A DNA stretch of 64,000 nt, taken from an uncultured Armatimonadetes bacterium (GTDB lineage: Bacteria > Armatimonadota > UBA5829 > DTJY01). The notes below the pieces were generated by a model that was not told where the DNA came from, ran no database searches, and saw only the letters and a list, made by a program, of their open reading frames with translations. Shown here piece after piece: positions 26,707 through 35,939 of this stretch. The stretch covers positions 1,856,001 to 1,920,000 of the forward strand of contig OY970325.1 in the NCBI GenBank assembly GCA_963717145.1. Direction: 5' to 3'. The translations under genes were made by a program, and so were the position numbers. Each line of letters begins with the position of its first letter. Position 1 is the first letter of the stretch.

Positions 26707-27500
26707 TCACGTCTTACCACTGCCACTCGCGCTGGAGCGACGGTGAAGGCGAGATCGCCGATTTCGTCTGCCGTGCCGGGGAGATCGGTCTCGATGAGGT
26801 CGGGCTGTCGGATCACTATGTCCTGACGCCCGACCGCGCATCGAAGACCTGGGCGATGCCGCTCGGCGCGCTGGATGAATACGTCGCGACAGTACAGGCA
26901 GCCGCGCGGGAATCGAGCCCGGATGTCGTGGTCCGACTCGGCGTTGAGGCGGATTTCATCCCTGAGACCGCCGGTGAACTCAAGGTTCTGCTCGCCGAGT
27001 ACCCCTTCGACTATGTCATCGGCTCCGTGCACCTCGTCGATGGCTTTCCCATTGACGGGAGTCCGGAGGATTGGGAGCCGCTGAACCAGGACGAGCGGGA
27101 TGAGGTCATGCGAACCTACTGGATCAGGGTGAGTCAAATGGCCGACACGGGTATCTTCAGCTTCGCCGGGCACCTGGATCTCACCAAGAAGTTCGGATTC
27201 ACGCCATCGATCGACCTGGCCGCAGAGATATCCACCGCGCTCGATGCCATCGCCCGGTCGGGCATGGCGGTCGAGTTGAATACCTCGGGGTGGTACGTTG
27301 CTGCTCGCGAGGAGTACCCATCGCCTCAGATCCTCAGTGGATGCCGCCGGCGGGGCATCCCGGTTCTCGTGACCGCGGATGCGCACAAGCCCGCTGACCT
27401 CAACCGCAGCTTCGATCGAGGATATGCCCTCTTGCACGAGATCGGTTACCGCGAAGTATGCAGTTTCGCGAGTGGAAACCGCGTTACCCACGCATTCTGA
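26703..27500 (+). CDS. Histidinol-phosphatase, PHP/HisJ family
   Basis: YHCHS..SDG, GLSDH, FDYVIGSVH, GHLDL, ELNTSG, ADAH. Confidence 0.88.
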   Translation: MITSYHCHSRWSDGEGEIADFVCRAGEIGLDEVGLSDHYVLTPDRASKTWAMPLGALDEYVATVQAAARESSPDVVVRLGVEADFIPETAGELKVLLAEYPFDYVIGSVHLVDGFPIDGSPEDWEPLNQDERDEVMRTYWIRVSQMADTGIFSFAGHLDLTKKFGFTPSIDLAAEISTALDAIARSGMAVELNTSGWYVAAREEYPSPQILSGCRRRGIPVLVTADAHKPADLNRSFDRGYALLHEIGYREVCSFASGNRVTHAF

Positions 27501-27784
27501 GCCCTGTCCCCACATTTTTGAAAACGTTTGCACATTTTTTTGCCAATCAGAAGGAGTTTTCGGTTTCAGGACCGAATCCTGTTTTTGAGGGTCGGAGCGC
27601 ATAGGTTCGCGGCAATGACACTGCCTGTGGAAAGCTAGTCTCCCTATGCAAATCGACTTGGCTGTGTTTGGAACTCTGGAAGCACCGCGGTCGTATAACT
27701 GAATAGCGATAGCGCTGGATTTGCGGGCTGTCGGATTGCTCGCGGAGCAAAGTGATTGCGAGTAGCAGGCAGCCGCCATCGAAC

Positions 27785-27813
27785 TTGTGTTCGGTGGCGG
27801 TTTGTGCTATAAT
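27785..27813 (+). promoter_or_regulatory. Sigma-70 promoter with extended -10
   Basis: TTGTGT-N17-TATAAT, TG at 27805-27806. Confidence 0.65.
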
Positions 27814-27908
27814 ATGAGCGGGCGATACCAGCGCGCGTAATAACCGGACCGGGGGGCGCAGCATGCCAGCGGGTCGTTCCCCAGGTTACCAGAGAAGGAT
27901 CATACAGG

Positions 27909-28232
27909 ATGAGCATGACTAGAGACGCGTATGCCAAGGAAGTCTTGCGAGTGGCACAGGCGGTCCTGCACGATGGGGAGACCGTCGTGTGTCCGCACGA
28001 GGGTTGCGATGAGCGGCTGTCAATCGTTAAGCAGGGCGTGTTCAGCACCAGGTCAATCTTCTGCACGGTGCATGGTCATATCTTTCAGGAGCAGAAGACC
28101 GACCCATTCAGCAAGCTCGATTGGGACAAGGCCGCACAGGATCCGGTAGACGATGAGGAAGAAGAGTGGGATGGCGCAGAGAGTCTCATAGATACGGAAT
28201 TCAATTTATATGACGACTCGACTGGTGTCTAG
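27909..28232 (+). CDS. Small hypothetical protein, putative Zn-binding, with acidic tail
   Basis: CPHEGC...CTVH; D/E-rich C-terminus; promoter and RBS upstream. Confidence 0.7.
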   Translation: MSMTRDAYAKEVLRVAQAVLHDGETVVCPHEGCDERLSIVKQGVFSTRSIFCTVHGHIFQEQKTDPFSKLDWDKAAQDPVDDEEEEWDGAESLIDTEFNLYDDSTGV

Positions 28233-28307
28233 CCGGTGATCGGACGCAATCATTCATCCGTCAGCCCGCATCATGCACTCGCCCATGCTTGATGCGGGCT
28301 TTCATTT

Positions 28308-29783
28308 TTAGAACCCCACGACCCGCACATCCAATCCGAACTCCTGGAACCGATTCCGCCAGGTGAAGGTGGACTCGACGCAGTGGAATACCTTGGAGAC
28401 CGAGACCTCGCTATCGAAAAGCCGGCCCCGGCTGATGTCGTATCTCCCCCCAATAGCAAACGTGTAGTCGCCGATCGGATACTGAAGTCGCCCGGCAAAC
28501 TCCTGTGGGACCTCGATGGGATCGAAGTCGAAAGGCGTTTTGCCCGTGATGGCATGAGTGATATAGGTGAGAGAGACATATGACTTCAAGCCGAGCTTCC
28601 GAGCCGCCGCGAACTGAAACCCCAGGCCGAGGTAGCTATCGCCTGTGCCGTAGTGCGAGACACGTGCGAGCACCCCGGGCATCAGCATCGTATTGCCGAC
28701 GTGAACCGGATCGAACCACGCGAGCGCCCGCAGGTCGACTCGTGTGGACTCGACTCCCGAGGGCTCCTCGCTGAAGTGACCGATGCCCGCCTCGCCGATG
28801 ATGTGTACTCGGCCGCGCGGGAAGGTTCTCAGATCCCTCCCCAACGAGGTATCCTCCGGCATCGGATCAAGCACCCTTCTTGGGATATTGAGGGATTCGT
28901 TCCGGGCATCGTCGGTCCTCGGCGTTCCCTTGCTGTAGAAGCGATATGACAGTTCAGGCATCCGAGTCAGCATCGTGTCCGAGGTCCTGCCACCGTAGTA
29001 CGGCTCGCGGTATGTCAGGTTCAGGTAGACCGGCTTGCCGGCCACACGGTCGAGCTTGAACCCGCCCTGGAACGCCTGCTCAGTCGAAAGCCTGATTGAG
29101 AACTTGCCGGCCATTCCCGGCCTGCTCGAGAAATCGAGGTCGTGGGCGATGTATGTGCCGAACCTGGCGCTGACACCGACAGACGGCACCTTCATGCCGC
29201 TACGGCGTCCCTCCCTTAGGCCGACGGAGTACCTTGGCACTCGGACCAGCGTTCGTCCGAATGCCACTATGCGGACGCCCCTGGCGATCAGCTTGTCGTT
29301 CGGGCGGATGATCAGTTCGCGGGCGAAGAGATAGTAGTGCGGAACCGCTCGATTGCACGTCGTGAACGTTGAATCCGTCAGGGTATATCCCTCGGGCTTC
29401 GAGTCCATCGTCTCGCCGTGGAAGTAGAAGCCATCCGCGCTCGCGGAGGCGTCGGCGAAATGGCCGATCTTGGTCTTGTAGTTGTAAACGAAGGTGGAGC
29501 CCTTGACTTCCCGCTCGCCCTGAGCGAACGTGACGTTGCCACGCGCCTCGAAGTCGCCGGTGAACGCGTTACCGCTCACCCGATCGGCCGTCAGGGTGAG
29601 GTCGTTGTATCGGACGAACGCGTTCCCCTCAGCGCGAAACTGCTGAGTGTCGTAGTCGTATTCGGAGTCGTCGGCCTTGACGTAGATGCCGGTCAACGCT
29701 TCCTGATCCGTGGCAACATCGGTGGCCGAAAACGCCGGCGACAAGGCGAGGAGTATGAGCGGTATCCAGAGTCGTAAGCTCAA
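28308..29783 (-). CDS. LptD/OstA-like outer-membrane protein
   Basis: Signal peptide, ADD.EYD, AEGN, LTAD, FTTC...PHY, C-terminal beta-strands ending in F; start approximate. Confidence 0.75.
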   Translation of the reverse strand: MSLRLWIPLILLALSPAFSATDVATDQEALTGIYVKADDSEYDYDTQQFRAEGNAFVRYNDLTLTADRVSGNAFTGDFEARGNVTFAQGEREVKGSTFVYNYKTKIGHFADASASADGFYFHGETMDSKPEGYTLTDSTFTTCNRAVPHYYLFARELIIRPNDKLIARGVRIVAFGRTLVRVPRYSVGLREGRRSGMKVPSVGVSARFGTYIAHDLDFSSRPGMAGKFSIRLSTEQAFQGGFKLDRVAGKPVYLNLTYREPYYGGRTSDTMLTRMPELSYRFYSKGTPRTDDARNESLNIPRRVLDPMPEDTSLGRDLRTFPRGRVHIIGEAGIGHFSEEPSGVESTRVDLRALAWFDPVHVGNTMLMPGVLARVSHYGTGDSYLGLGFQFAAARKLGLKSYVSLTYITHAITGKTPFDFDPIEVPQEFAGRLQYPIGDYTFAIGGRYDISRGRLFDSEVSVSKVFHCVESTFTWRNRFQEFGLDVRVVGF

Positions 29784-29803
29784 AGTCGAAAGCACCACAC
29801 ACT

Positions 29804-29857
29804 GTAGGGGCGACCTTCGACGGTCGCCCGTGGGAGGCCGTTGAAGGCCTCCCCTAT
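29804..29857. repeat. GTAG REP doublet overlapping the herA stop
   Basis: GTAGGGGCGACC..GGTCGCCC plus GGGAGGCC..GGCCTCCCCTAT. Confidence 0.75.
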
Positions 29858-31485
29858 GCAAAGTCGTTCTCGATGTCGCGCTCGACCTTCTCGGCGAGCT
29901 TCTCGGCGGGGACGACCCCCATGCTGAGCCGGAAGTCCTCGTCATCGTACATGCGCGTCTTCACCACAACCGGCATCGGAACGGCATGGCCGATCACGAG
30001 CGCCTGCTGTTTGCTGTCCAGACTCGCCAGGACGCTCCGCAGGCCGCCTGAGCCGCTGACGCCGGTCATGACCGCATCGATATCTTTCTCGTCGTTCAGG
30101 AGGCACGTAATGCGCGTGCCGACCTGTGACAGAACCTCCGCGTCGATCCCGGAGGGCCGCTGATCGACGACGAGCAGCGTCACATTGTACTTACGCATCT
30201 CCCTCGCGATTGTTCCAAAGATGGTCTGCCCGGCAAGCGACGGGTTGAGGAACTTGTGCGCCTCCTCGATCGTGATCACGAGGGGCGTCACCTTCCCTTT
30301 GTCGCCGCCGAGCGACTCCTCGGTCTTCTCGACGTACTTCGCGTGGATGCGCCGGGTAAGGATGTTCGCGACAAGCATGTACCTGAGCGGCTGAGTGTGC
30401 TGTCCGAACTCCAGGACGACGTGCTTGCCGCCTTCGATGTAGCTCATGATCTGCCTGACCGCGTCCACGTCGATCATGTGCTTGGCATCGTCGATCAGGA
30501 ACGACTTGCAGCTCTCGGCCAGGACTCGCAACTTCCTCTGAAGAGCGGCGAGCGCCCCCTGGTGGACGTTATTGTGCTCGCAGAAGTCGTCGATGTCGTC
30601 CCGCTCCATCTCCATGAGCTTGCTCAGCCAGCGATCCTCGAACCGACTGACGAGCGCGTAACCTGTCTCGACCGCCGTTGAGGACAGGTTCAGATCATTC
30701 TGCAAGAGGATGATGTCGTCAACAGTCACCTGGCTGTACGGGATCTTGACCTCGAAGTCAATCGGCGCGCCTCTTCTGCGAGACGAGTCCGGGTCGAGGG
30801 AAAAGACGGCCACGGTGTCGCGGAAGTACTGCTTCAGGCCGCGAACCTCCGCGCGGTCGCCCTCTACAGTGCCTTTCCAGCCATATTCGCTGTGCATGTC
30901 GAAGACGAGGTTCGCCGCCTTGCGGTTCTTGATGATACCGCAGAGCATGATCCGCGTCAGGAACGTCTTGCCCGTACCCGACTTGCCGAAGATGCCGTTG
31001 CTCCGCTCGACGAACCGCTCGAGGTCGATGCAAACGGGCGTCTCCTCCATATCCAGCGGCGTCCCGATGTTGAAGAACTTGCAGTCCTGGTTCTCATCGC
31101 CGAAGATGCGGTTCACATCGAGCGCGGTCGCGTTCAGGACAGGGCTGAAGTGGCCGGGGATCGTCTTGACGGGCAGCAGATCGGCCTCCAGGTCGTTCTT
31201 CGACACCATCAGCATCGGGCGCAGGGAGACCGTGCCGTAGGTCGTCGTGCCGCTGAGGATCCGGCGCATCAGCTCATCCTCCCGGCTCGGGGGATTATCG
31301 AGCAGGCCGCGCGCGGATGTGCTCAGGGTGACGTCGGTGATCATGGAGAAGAACTTGTACTTATCGCCTTCCACGACGACGAACTTCCCGGCGCGGACGT
31401 CCTCGACCGACTGCCCCGCGTCGAGCTTCATCTCGAGGCCCTCGACGAGCGATCCCTGGACGACCTGCCCGATTTCCTCTGTCAT
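29854..31485 (-). CDS. herA: HerA-family ATPase/helicase
   Basis: N-terminal HAS barrel, GKSGTGKT, FDMHSEY, IEEAH, AREMRKY, VDQRPS. Confidence 0.9.
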   Translation of the reverse strand: MTEEIGQVVQGSLVEGLEMKLDAGQSVEDVRAGKFVVVEGDKYKFFSMITDVTLSTSARGLLDNPPSREDELMRRILSGTTTYGTVSLRPMLMVSKNDLEADLLPVKTIPGHFSPVLNATALDVNRIFGDENQDCKFFNIGTPLDMEETPVCIDLERFVERSNGIFGKSGTGKTFLTRIMLCGIIKNRKAANLVFDMHSEYGWKGTVEGDRAEVRGLKQYFRDTVAVFSLDPDSSRRRGAPIDFEVKIPYSQVTVDDIILLQNDLNLSSTAVETGYALVSRFEDRWLSKLMEMERDDIDDFCEHNNVHQGALAALQRKLRVLAESCKSFLIDDAKHMIDVDAVRQIMSYIEGGKHVVLEFGQHTQPLRYMLVANILTRRIHAKYVEKTEESLGGDKGKVTPLVITIEEAHKFLNPSLAGQTIFGTIAREMRKYNVTLLVVDQRPSGIDAEVLSQVGTRITCLLNDEKDIDAVMTGVSGSGGLRSVLASLDSKQQALVIGHAVPMPVVVKTRMYDDEDFRLSMGVVPAEKLAEKVERDIENDFA

Positions 31486-32123
31486 GGCACGATCCTCCTG
31501 ACGATCGCATGAAGCCGCTCGTAGTCGTCCTTGAGCAGGTTCGCGAGTTCCTTGCCTGCGTTCACCAGAAACTCAGAGTCTCCTCCCCGCGCCGCAAAGC
31601 TCTCACGGATGCAGGCCGCGACCATCTCGTCCGATGGCGCATTTCGGAAGCCCACCAGGGTGCGCAGGAAGTCCATCCGGTGGGTCAGCAGCGCGATCTC
31701 GTCGGCGGAGCACTCGAATACCTGAGTGTGGATCTTCGGCGGCATCGGTGGCAGATACTGGTGAATCGAGCCGTTCTGGGCGTATCCCACGATCGCCGCC
31801 TGGAACTTGGTCATCAGCAGCCACTCGGCGAGTTGAGGCTGCTCGCGCGCCAGTTCGTCCTCGTCCTTCCAGTATGCGCGGGGCTGCTTGCCGGTCTCGG
31901 TGCTGGTCGTGGTCGCGCTGTAGACGACGGCGAAGATGGCGGGGTGGACTGCAGGAGGCGCAAACGGATCATCCAGATCAGCCACCGGCCCTTCAGTAGT
32001 GTCAAGCGGAATCTTGACGAAGCTGCCGAACCTCGGCGGCGCGTGGAGCATGAAGCTCTCCGCCGTGAACTCCGAGGTGCTCGCCTCGATTATTTCGCCT
32101 ATGAATTCCTGTTCGTTAGCCAT
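31482..32123 (-). CDS. Stand-alone HAS-barrel protein
   Basis: IGEIIEAST.EF, PPRFGSFV, QYLPP.PP.IH; lies between nurA and herA, ATGA overlap. Confidence 0.75.
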   Translation of the reverse strand: MANEQEFIGEIIEASTSEFTAESFMLHAPPRFGSFVKIPLDTTEGPVADLDDPFAPPAVHPAIFAVVYSATTTSTETGKQPRAYWKDEDELAREQPQLAEWLLMTKFQAAIVGYAQNGSIHQYLPPMPPKIHTQVFECSADEIALLTHRMDFLRTLVGFRNAPSDEMVAACIRESFAARGGDSEFLVNAGKELANLLKDDYERLHAIVRRIVP

Positions 32124-32140
32124 GGTGTTGAAGCTCTGAT

Positions 32141-32167
32141 CTTGGCGCGCTTGGCGTCTTGGCGGTT
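32141..32167. repeat. 9-mer tandem repeat (CTTGGCGnn)3
   Basis: Same motif at 45570-45596 and 46946-46972. Confidence 0.8.
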
Positions 32168-33434
32168 AGTACCCCTTCGATATCCGCTTCAGGCTGCGGG
32201 TGACCGGCGCGCCATGCTTGATGAGCGAGCGCTCGATCAACTCGTAAAACGCCCGGCGGTCCGGTCCCTGAACAACCGCCTTGTCGTGCGCCTCGGAGAG
32301 CGCGACCGGATACCCGCGTCCCTTCGCCGCCTGGTCGTAGCAGACCGAGTGTACCAAGCCGAGGAGCTTCTCATCCTCCGCGACCCAGAGCGGTATCTCG
32401 ATGCGCACGATTTCCTTATCGACGTTCAGGTAGAAGGCCCTGATGTCGTGTTCGCCGTAAGATGCGAGAATCCTTGATTGACTGGTGAAGATGACCGACC
32501 GCTCGCCCTCACCGAGTCGCTGCTTGAAGACCATCCGGTCCGTCAACCTGCCGAGCTGTTCGCATGGTCGCTCGCCATCGGAATGCGGACACCGGTCACA
32601 GTCGACCGAGGGCATGTCGCAGAGCATCACGCGCATCGAGTTGACGAAATCCCTGCTGCCCGGGTCGCTGATGTAACCCGCGATCGGGATGTTCAGGCCG
32701 CGGGCGACTTCGAACGTGGCGAGGTACTCGTCGAGGATGCGCTGCTTGAAGTCGGGCGGCTCGTTCTCCAGGGACCAGCGGATGAGGCTGCCGTCCATGA
32801 GGGCGACCACGGGGACGCCTTTGTCGGCGGCGTCGGCGATCGCGTGGAGCATCTCGAGGCTCTCGGCGGCGGTCCTGCGAATCCCCAGAAGCTTCTCGGC
32901 GACCGGGACCTTCCGCCCACCGTACTCCTCGAAGATGTCCTCCTCACGGTAGCAAAGCTTCGGGACCGAACGGAACGTCGGTCGAGGAAGTCCCTGCGCA
33001 TGCAGTGGCCGTGCCTCTGTGCCGGCCTCACGCACCTGCGTGCCGACCTCACCCGTCGCTGGCCGGCACGGAGGCACGGCCACTACGGGTTGGCGCGGTC
33101 CGTAAAAGATGGTGACGCTCGATGTGTTGATGAGAAAGCACGACGCCGCCTCGTGCTTGTCCGACGCGATCTGAGAGCCGTCGACCGCGACGACGCCGTG
33201 CGGCAGCGTGCGTTCAGGGCACGGGAACGTCTTGTCGGGACAGTCGTCGAAGCTCGACAGCAGCCATGAGGTGCGCGCGTCCTTGATCCGACGCCTCGCG
33301 CTCTCGACGTCGGAGGCCATATCACGGATGACTCCATCAGCCTGGCGGAACTGCTCATCGAGTCCGATGATGGATTCGGCGCTCTCCCGTCCGAAGTCGT
33401 CTATGTCACGCAGGATCTTGGCAAGCTCAAGCAT
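32166..33434 (-). CDS. nurA: NurA nuclease with an in-frame REP insertion
   Basis: AVDGSQ, MDGSL, AGYIS, RIEIP, GYPVALSEAH..AVV. Confidence 0.88.
   Translation of the reverse strand: MLELAKILRDIDDFGRESAESIIGLDEQFRQADGVIRDMASDVESARRRIKDARTSWLLSSFDDCPDKTFPCPERTLPHGVVAVDGSQIASDKHEAASCFLINTSSVTIFYGPRQPVVAVPPCRPATGEVGTQVREAGTEARPLHAQGLPRPTFRSVPKLCYREEDIFEEYGGRKVPVAEKLLGIRRTAAESLEMLHAIADAADKGVPVVALMDGSLIRWSLENEPPDFKQRILDEYLATFEVARGLNIPIAGYISDPGSRDFVNSMRVMLCDMPSVDCDRCPHSDGERPCEQLGRLTDRMVFKQRLGEGERSVIFTSQSRILASYGEHDIRAFYLNVDKEIVRIEIPLWVAEDEKLLGLVHSVCYDQAAKGRGYPVALSEAHDKAVVQGPDRRAFYELIERSLIKHGAPVTRSLKRISKGY
33002..33086. repeat. REP palindrome inside nurA
   Basis: Arms nearly identical to 26209-26274. 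Confidence 0.9.
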
Positions 33435-33513
33435 GGGGGTCACCAGTGTCGAGTGATGAGTGATCGTACCACTCACCCCGTCGCCCTGTCAACGCGCGGA
33501 CGGGAGGACCCTC

Positions 33514-33628
33514 CTATGGAGTGCGATGGCTCGACATCGCTTTGGTCCGGGGCGGCTCGACGCCCGCCGCGCAGAGCGGTGTCAAGCCACCGCACTCCAA
33601 AGCGACGTCGAGCCATCGCACTCCATAG
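33514..33628. repeat. GGAGTGCG-type REP palindrome
   Basis: CTATGGAGTGCGATGGCTCGAC...GTCGAGCCATCGCACTCCATAG with an extra internal CCGCACTCCAAA unit. Confidence 0.85.
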
Positions 33629-33642
33629 AGGCTGATTCTTCG

Positions 33643-33671
33643 TTGCGCGGCGGGGGTTCGCGTAGTATAAT
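33643..33671 (+). promoter_or_regulatory. tRNA promoter
   Basis: TTGCGC-N17-TATAAT. Confidence 0.7.
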
Positions 33672-33700
33672 GGCGTAATTCCGGCGTGGTTGAGCGTTAC

Positions 33701-33784
33701 GGGCGAGTGGCGGAATGGCATACGCAGCGGACTTAAAATCCGCCGGGGAAACCCATGAGGGTTCGACTCCCTCCTCGCCCACCA
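33701..33784 (+). tRNA. tRNA-Leu(UAA)
   Basis: GGGCGAG/CTCGCCC acceptor stem, anticodon loop CT-TAA-AA, long variable arm, GGTTCGACTCC, encoded CCA. Confidence 0.95.
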
Positions 33785-33821
33785 ATCCGAATGCGGAATT
33801 GGGAATGCGGAATGCGGAGTT
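33785..33821. repeat. Heptamer tandem repeat (AATGCGG)n
   Basis: Follows the tRNA CCA; inverse copy at 48990-49020. Confidence 0.75.
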
Positions 33822-33968
33822 GTGGGAGGACGCGATGAGGAAGGTCGTGAAGGGCGCTGATGAGATCACTTCTTCGGTGGTCATGGAAAGATCCGCACCC
33901 TTGCCCCTCCGTTCGTCCCCGGCGTTCAACTCGATGAGAGGTCTCGGATTTCAGATGAGGTGGAGGCG

Positions 33969-35384
33969 ATGATGGCGAAGGTGAATACCCCGGAAGTGGA
34001 CGTGATCGTGATCGGCGCAGGCCCGGGCGGCTACGTGGCTGCGATTCGTGCGGCGCAACTCGGCGGCAAGGTCGTGATCGTTGAGAAAGGCGAACTCGGA
34101 GGAGTCTGCCTCAATCGCGGATGCATCCCGACCAAGGCAATGCTCGCCAGCGCCGACATGTACGACAACATGAAGAGCCACGCGGGCGACTTCGGCATCA
34201 AGCTGGCCGGCGAGGTCACTCTCGACTACGGCAAGGTTCGCGATCGGCGCGACAAGATCGTCAACCAACTCGTCACCGGCGTCGGATTCCTCCTCAAGAA
34301 ACACAACGTGCGCGTCATCAAGGGGACCGCGGCGCTCGTTTCCGCGAACACGGTCGAGGTGACACTCCCCGAGAGCGGGACGGAGAAAGTCACCGCGCGC
34401 AGCATCATCATCGCAACCGGCTCCGAGGCGGTCACAGTCCCCGTCCCCGGCCTTCAGGGCCGCAACATATGGGACAGCGACGCCGCGCTCTCGGCAACAG
34501 AAGTGCCGAAGCGGCTGCTCATCATCGGCGGCGGCGTCATCGGCGTCGAGTGGGGCTACATGTTCCGCAAGTTCGGCGCGGAGGTCAGCATCATCGAGAT
34601 GATGGACCAGATTCTTCCGCTCACGGACTCCGAGATCGCGAAGGACCTCAAGCGCATTCTCGAGAAGATGGGCATCAAGATCTTCCTCGGCTCGAAGGCC
34701 ACAAACGTCGACCACCAGAAGGCGGGGGAGATCGTCACGGTTGTCAACGCGGACTCGGAGGTCAACATGATCGCCGACAAGGTCCTCGTGGCGGTCGGGC
34801 GTCGCTCGGTCTGCGAGGGCCTCGGCCTCGATGCGGTTGGCGTCAAGACGGACAAGGGCAAGATCATCGCCGACGATCACATGCGGACGAGCGTCGCGGG
34901 CGTCTACGCGATCGGCGATGTCGTCGGCGGGATGCTCCTCGCGCACAAGGCCTCCGAAGAAGGCGTCGTCGCGGCCGAGAACTGCATGGGGAAGGACGCC
35001 CGGATGTCGTACAAGTCCGTCCCGGCGGCGGTGTATACGACACCCGAGGTCGCGACCGTCGGCATGACCGAGGAGCAACTCAAGGCGCAGGGCATCGAGT
35101 ACAAGGTCGGCAGCTTCCAGTTCCGCGCGAACGGCAAGGCACTCGGCATCGGCGAGCGCGAGGGTTACGTGAAGTTCCTCAGCGAACCGAAGTACGGCGA
35201 GATTCTCGGTTGCCACATCCTCGGTCCGCACGCGACCGACCTGATCCAGGAAGTGGTCATCGCGATGGACGCCGAAGCGACGATCGAAACGATCGCCCGC
35301 GCGATTCACGGCCACCCGACGCTCTCCGAAGTCACCAAGGAGGCCGCCCTCGATGTGGAGGGGATCGCGATCCACAAGGGGTAG
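33969..35384 (+). CDS. lpdA: Dihydrolipoyl dehydrogenase
   Basis: GAGPGGYVAAIRAAQLG, GGVCLNRGCIPTK, GGGVIG.E, LAHKA, HPTLSE. Confidence 0.97.
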   Translation: MMAKVNTPEVDVIVIGAGPGGYVAAIRAAQLGGKVVIVEKGELGGVCLNRGCIPTKAMLASADMYDNMKSHAGDFGIKLAGEVTLDYGKVRDRRDKIVNQLVTGVGFLLKKHNVRVIKGTAALVSANTVEVTLPESGTEKVTARSIIIATGSEAVTVPVPGLQGRNIWDSDAALSATEVPKRLLIIGGGVIGVEWGYMFRKFGAEVSIIEMMDQILPLTDSEIAKDLKRILEKMGIKIFLGSKATNVDHQKAGEIVTVVNADSEVNMIADKVLVAVGRRSVCEGLGLDAVGVKTDKGKIIADDHMRTSVAGVYAIGDVVGGMLLAHKASEEGVVAAENCMGKDARMSYKSVPAAVYTTPEVATVGMTEEQLKAQGIEYKVGSFQFRANGKALGIGEREGYVKFLSEPKYGEILGCHILGPHATDLIQEVVIAMDAEATIETIARAIHGHPTLSEVTKEAALDVEGIAIHKG

Positions 35385-35424
35385 CGGTCTCAGGACGACC
35401 CGTCAAGAGCAGGTCACACACAAG

Positions 35425-35857
35425 ATGGCCAACACGGCGTTTCGCCGAGTCTTTCTAGCGGTCTTGCCGATAGGCTTCGGCATGGGAGCGGCTGGCCTAA
35501 CTACTCACGGTATCTTCGTTGAGCTATTCCTCAGGCTGCATCCGTCGCCGGAGATTGGTGTGACGGTATCGCCCCTGGCTTTCTCTGCATGGTTGTTTTT
35601 CACGATGGGACTCAGTGCGTTTGCCGCCGGAGTAGCTGCGGCCTGGTTGGAGTGTTGGCAGAACGCAGGCCGCAAACTCGGTGGCTCGGTATGGATTTGG
35701 GATGTCCTTGGCGTGGTTGGCGGCTTTTTCCGGGGCTTGGTGGTGGAGCGTGGGATTTCAGGGATTTCGCCTCCTGGTGTGGCCGCTGTTCTTGCTTCAA
35801 CTGATCTTCATCCCGCTGGCTGGGATGGTTGGCAGGCGGCTGTCACAGCGCACCTGA
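35425..35857 (+). CDS. Small integral membrane protein, apparent frameshift near 35649
   Basis: Two TM helices in the first frame; the shifted frame continues GFGMSLAWLAAFSGAWWW...LLVWPLFLLQLIFIPLAG to a TGA at 35857. Confidence 0.55.
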
Positions 35858-35939
35858 CCAACCTGATACGAAGGTATCATCTCGCGGAGCGGCGTACTTA
35901 TCCTCAGCAACAGATTCTCTCCTGACAGGTGTTGAACGA

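Noticed and set aside
33701-33784. tRNA as an integration site for an island
   Set aside because: No integrase, no duplicated tRNA 3' end seen, and housekeeping lpdA follows
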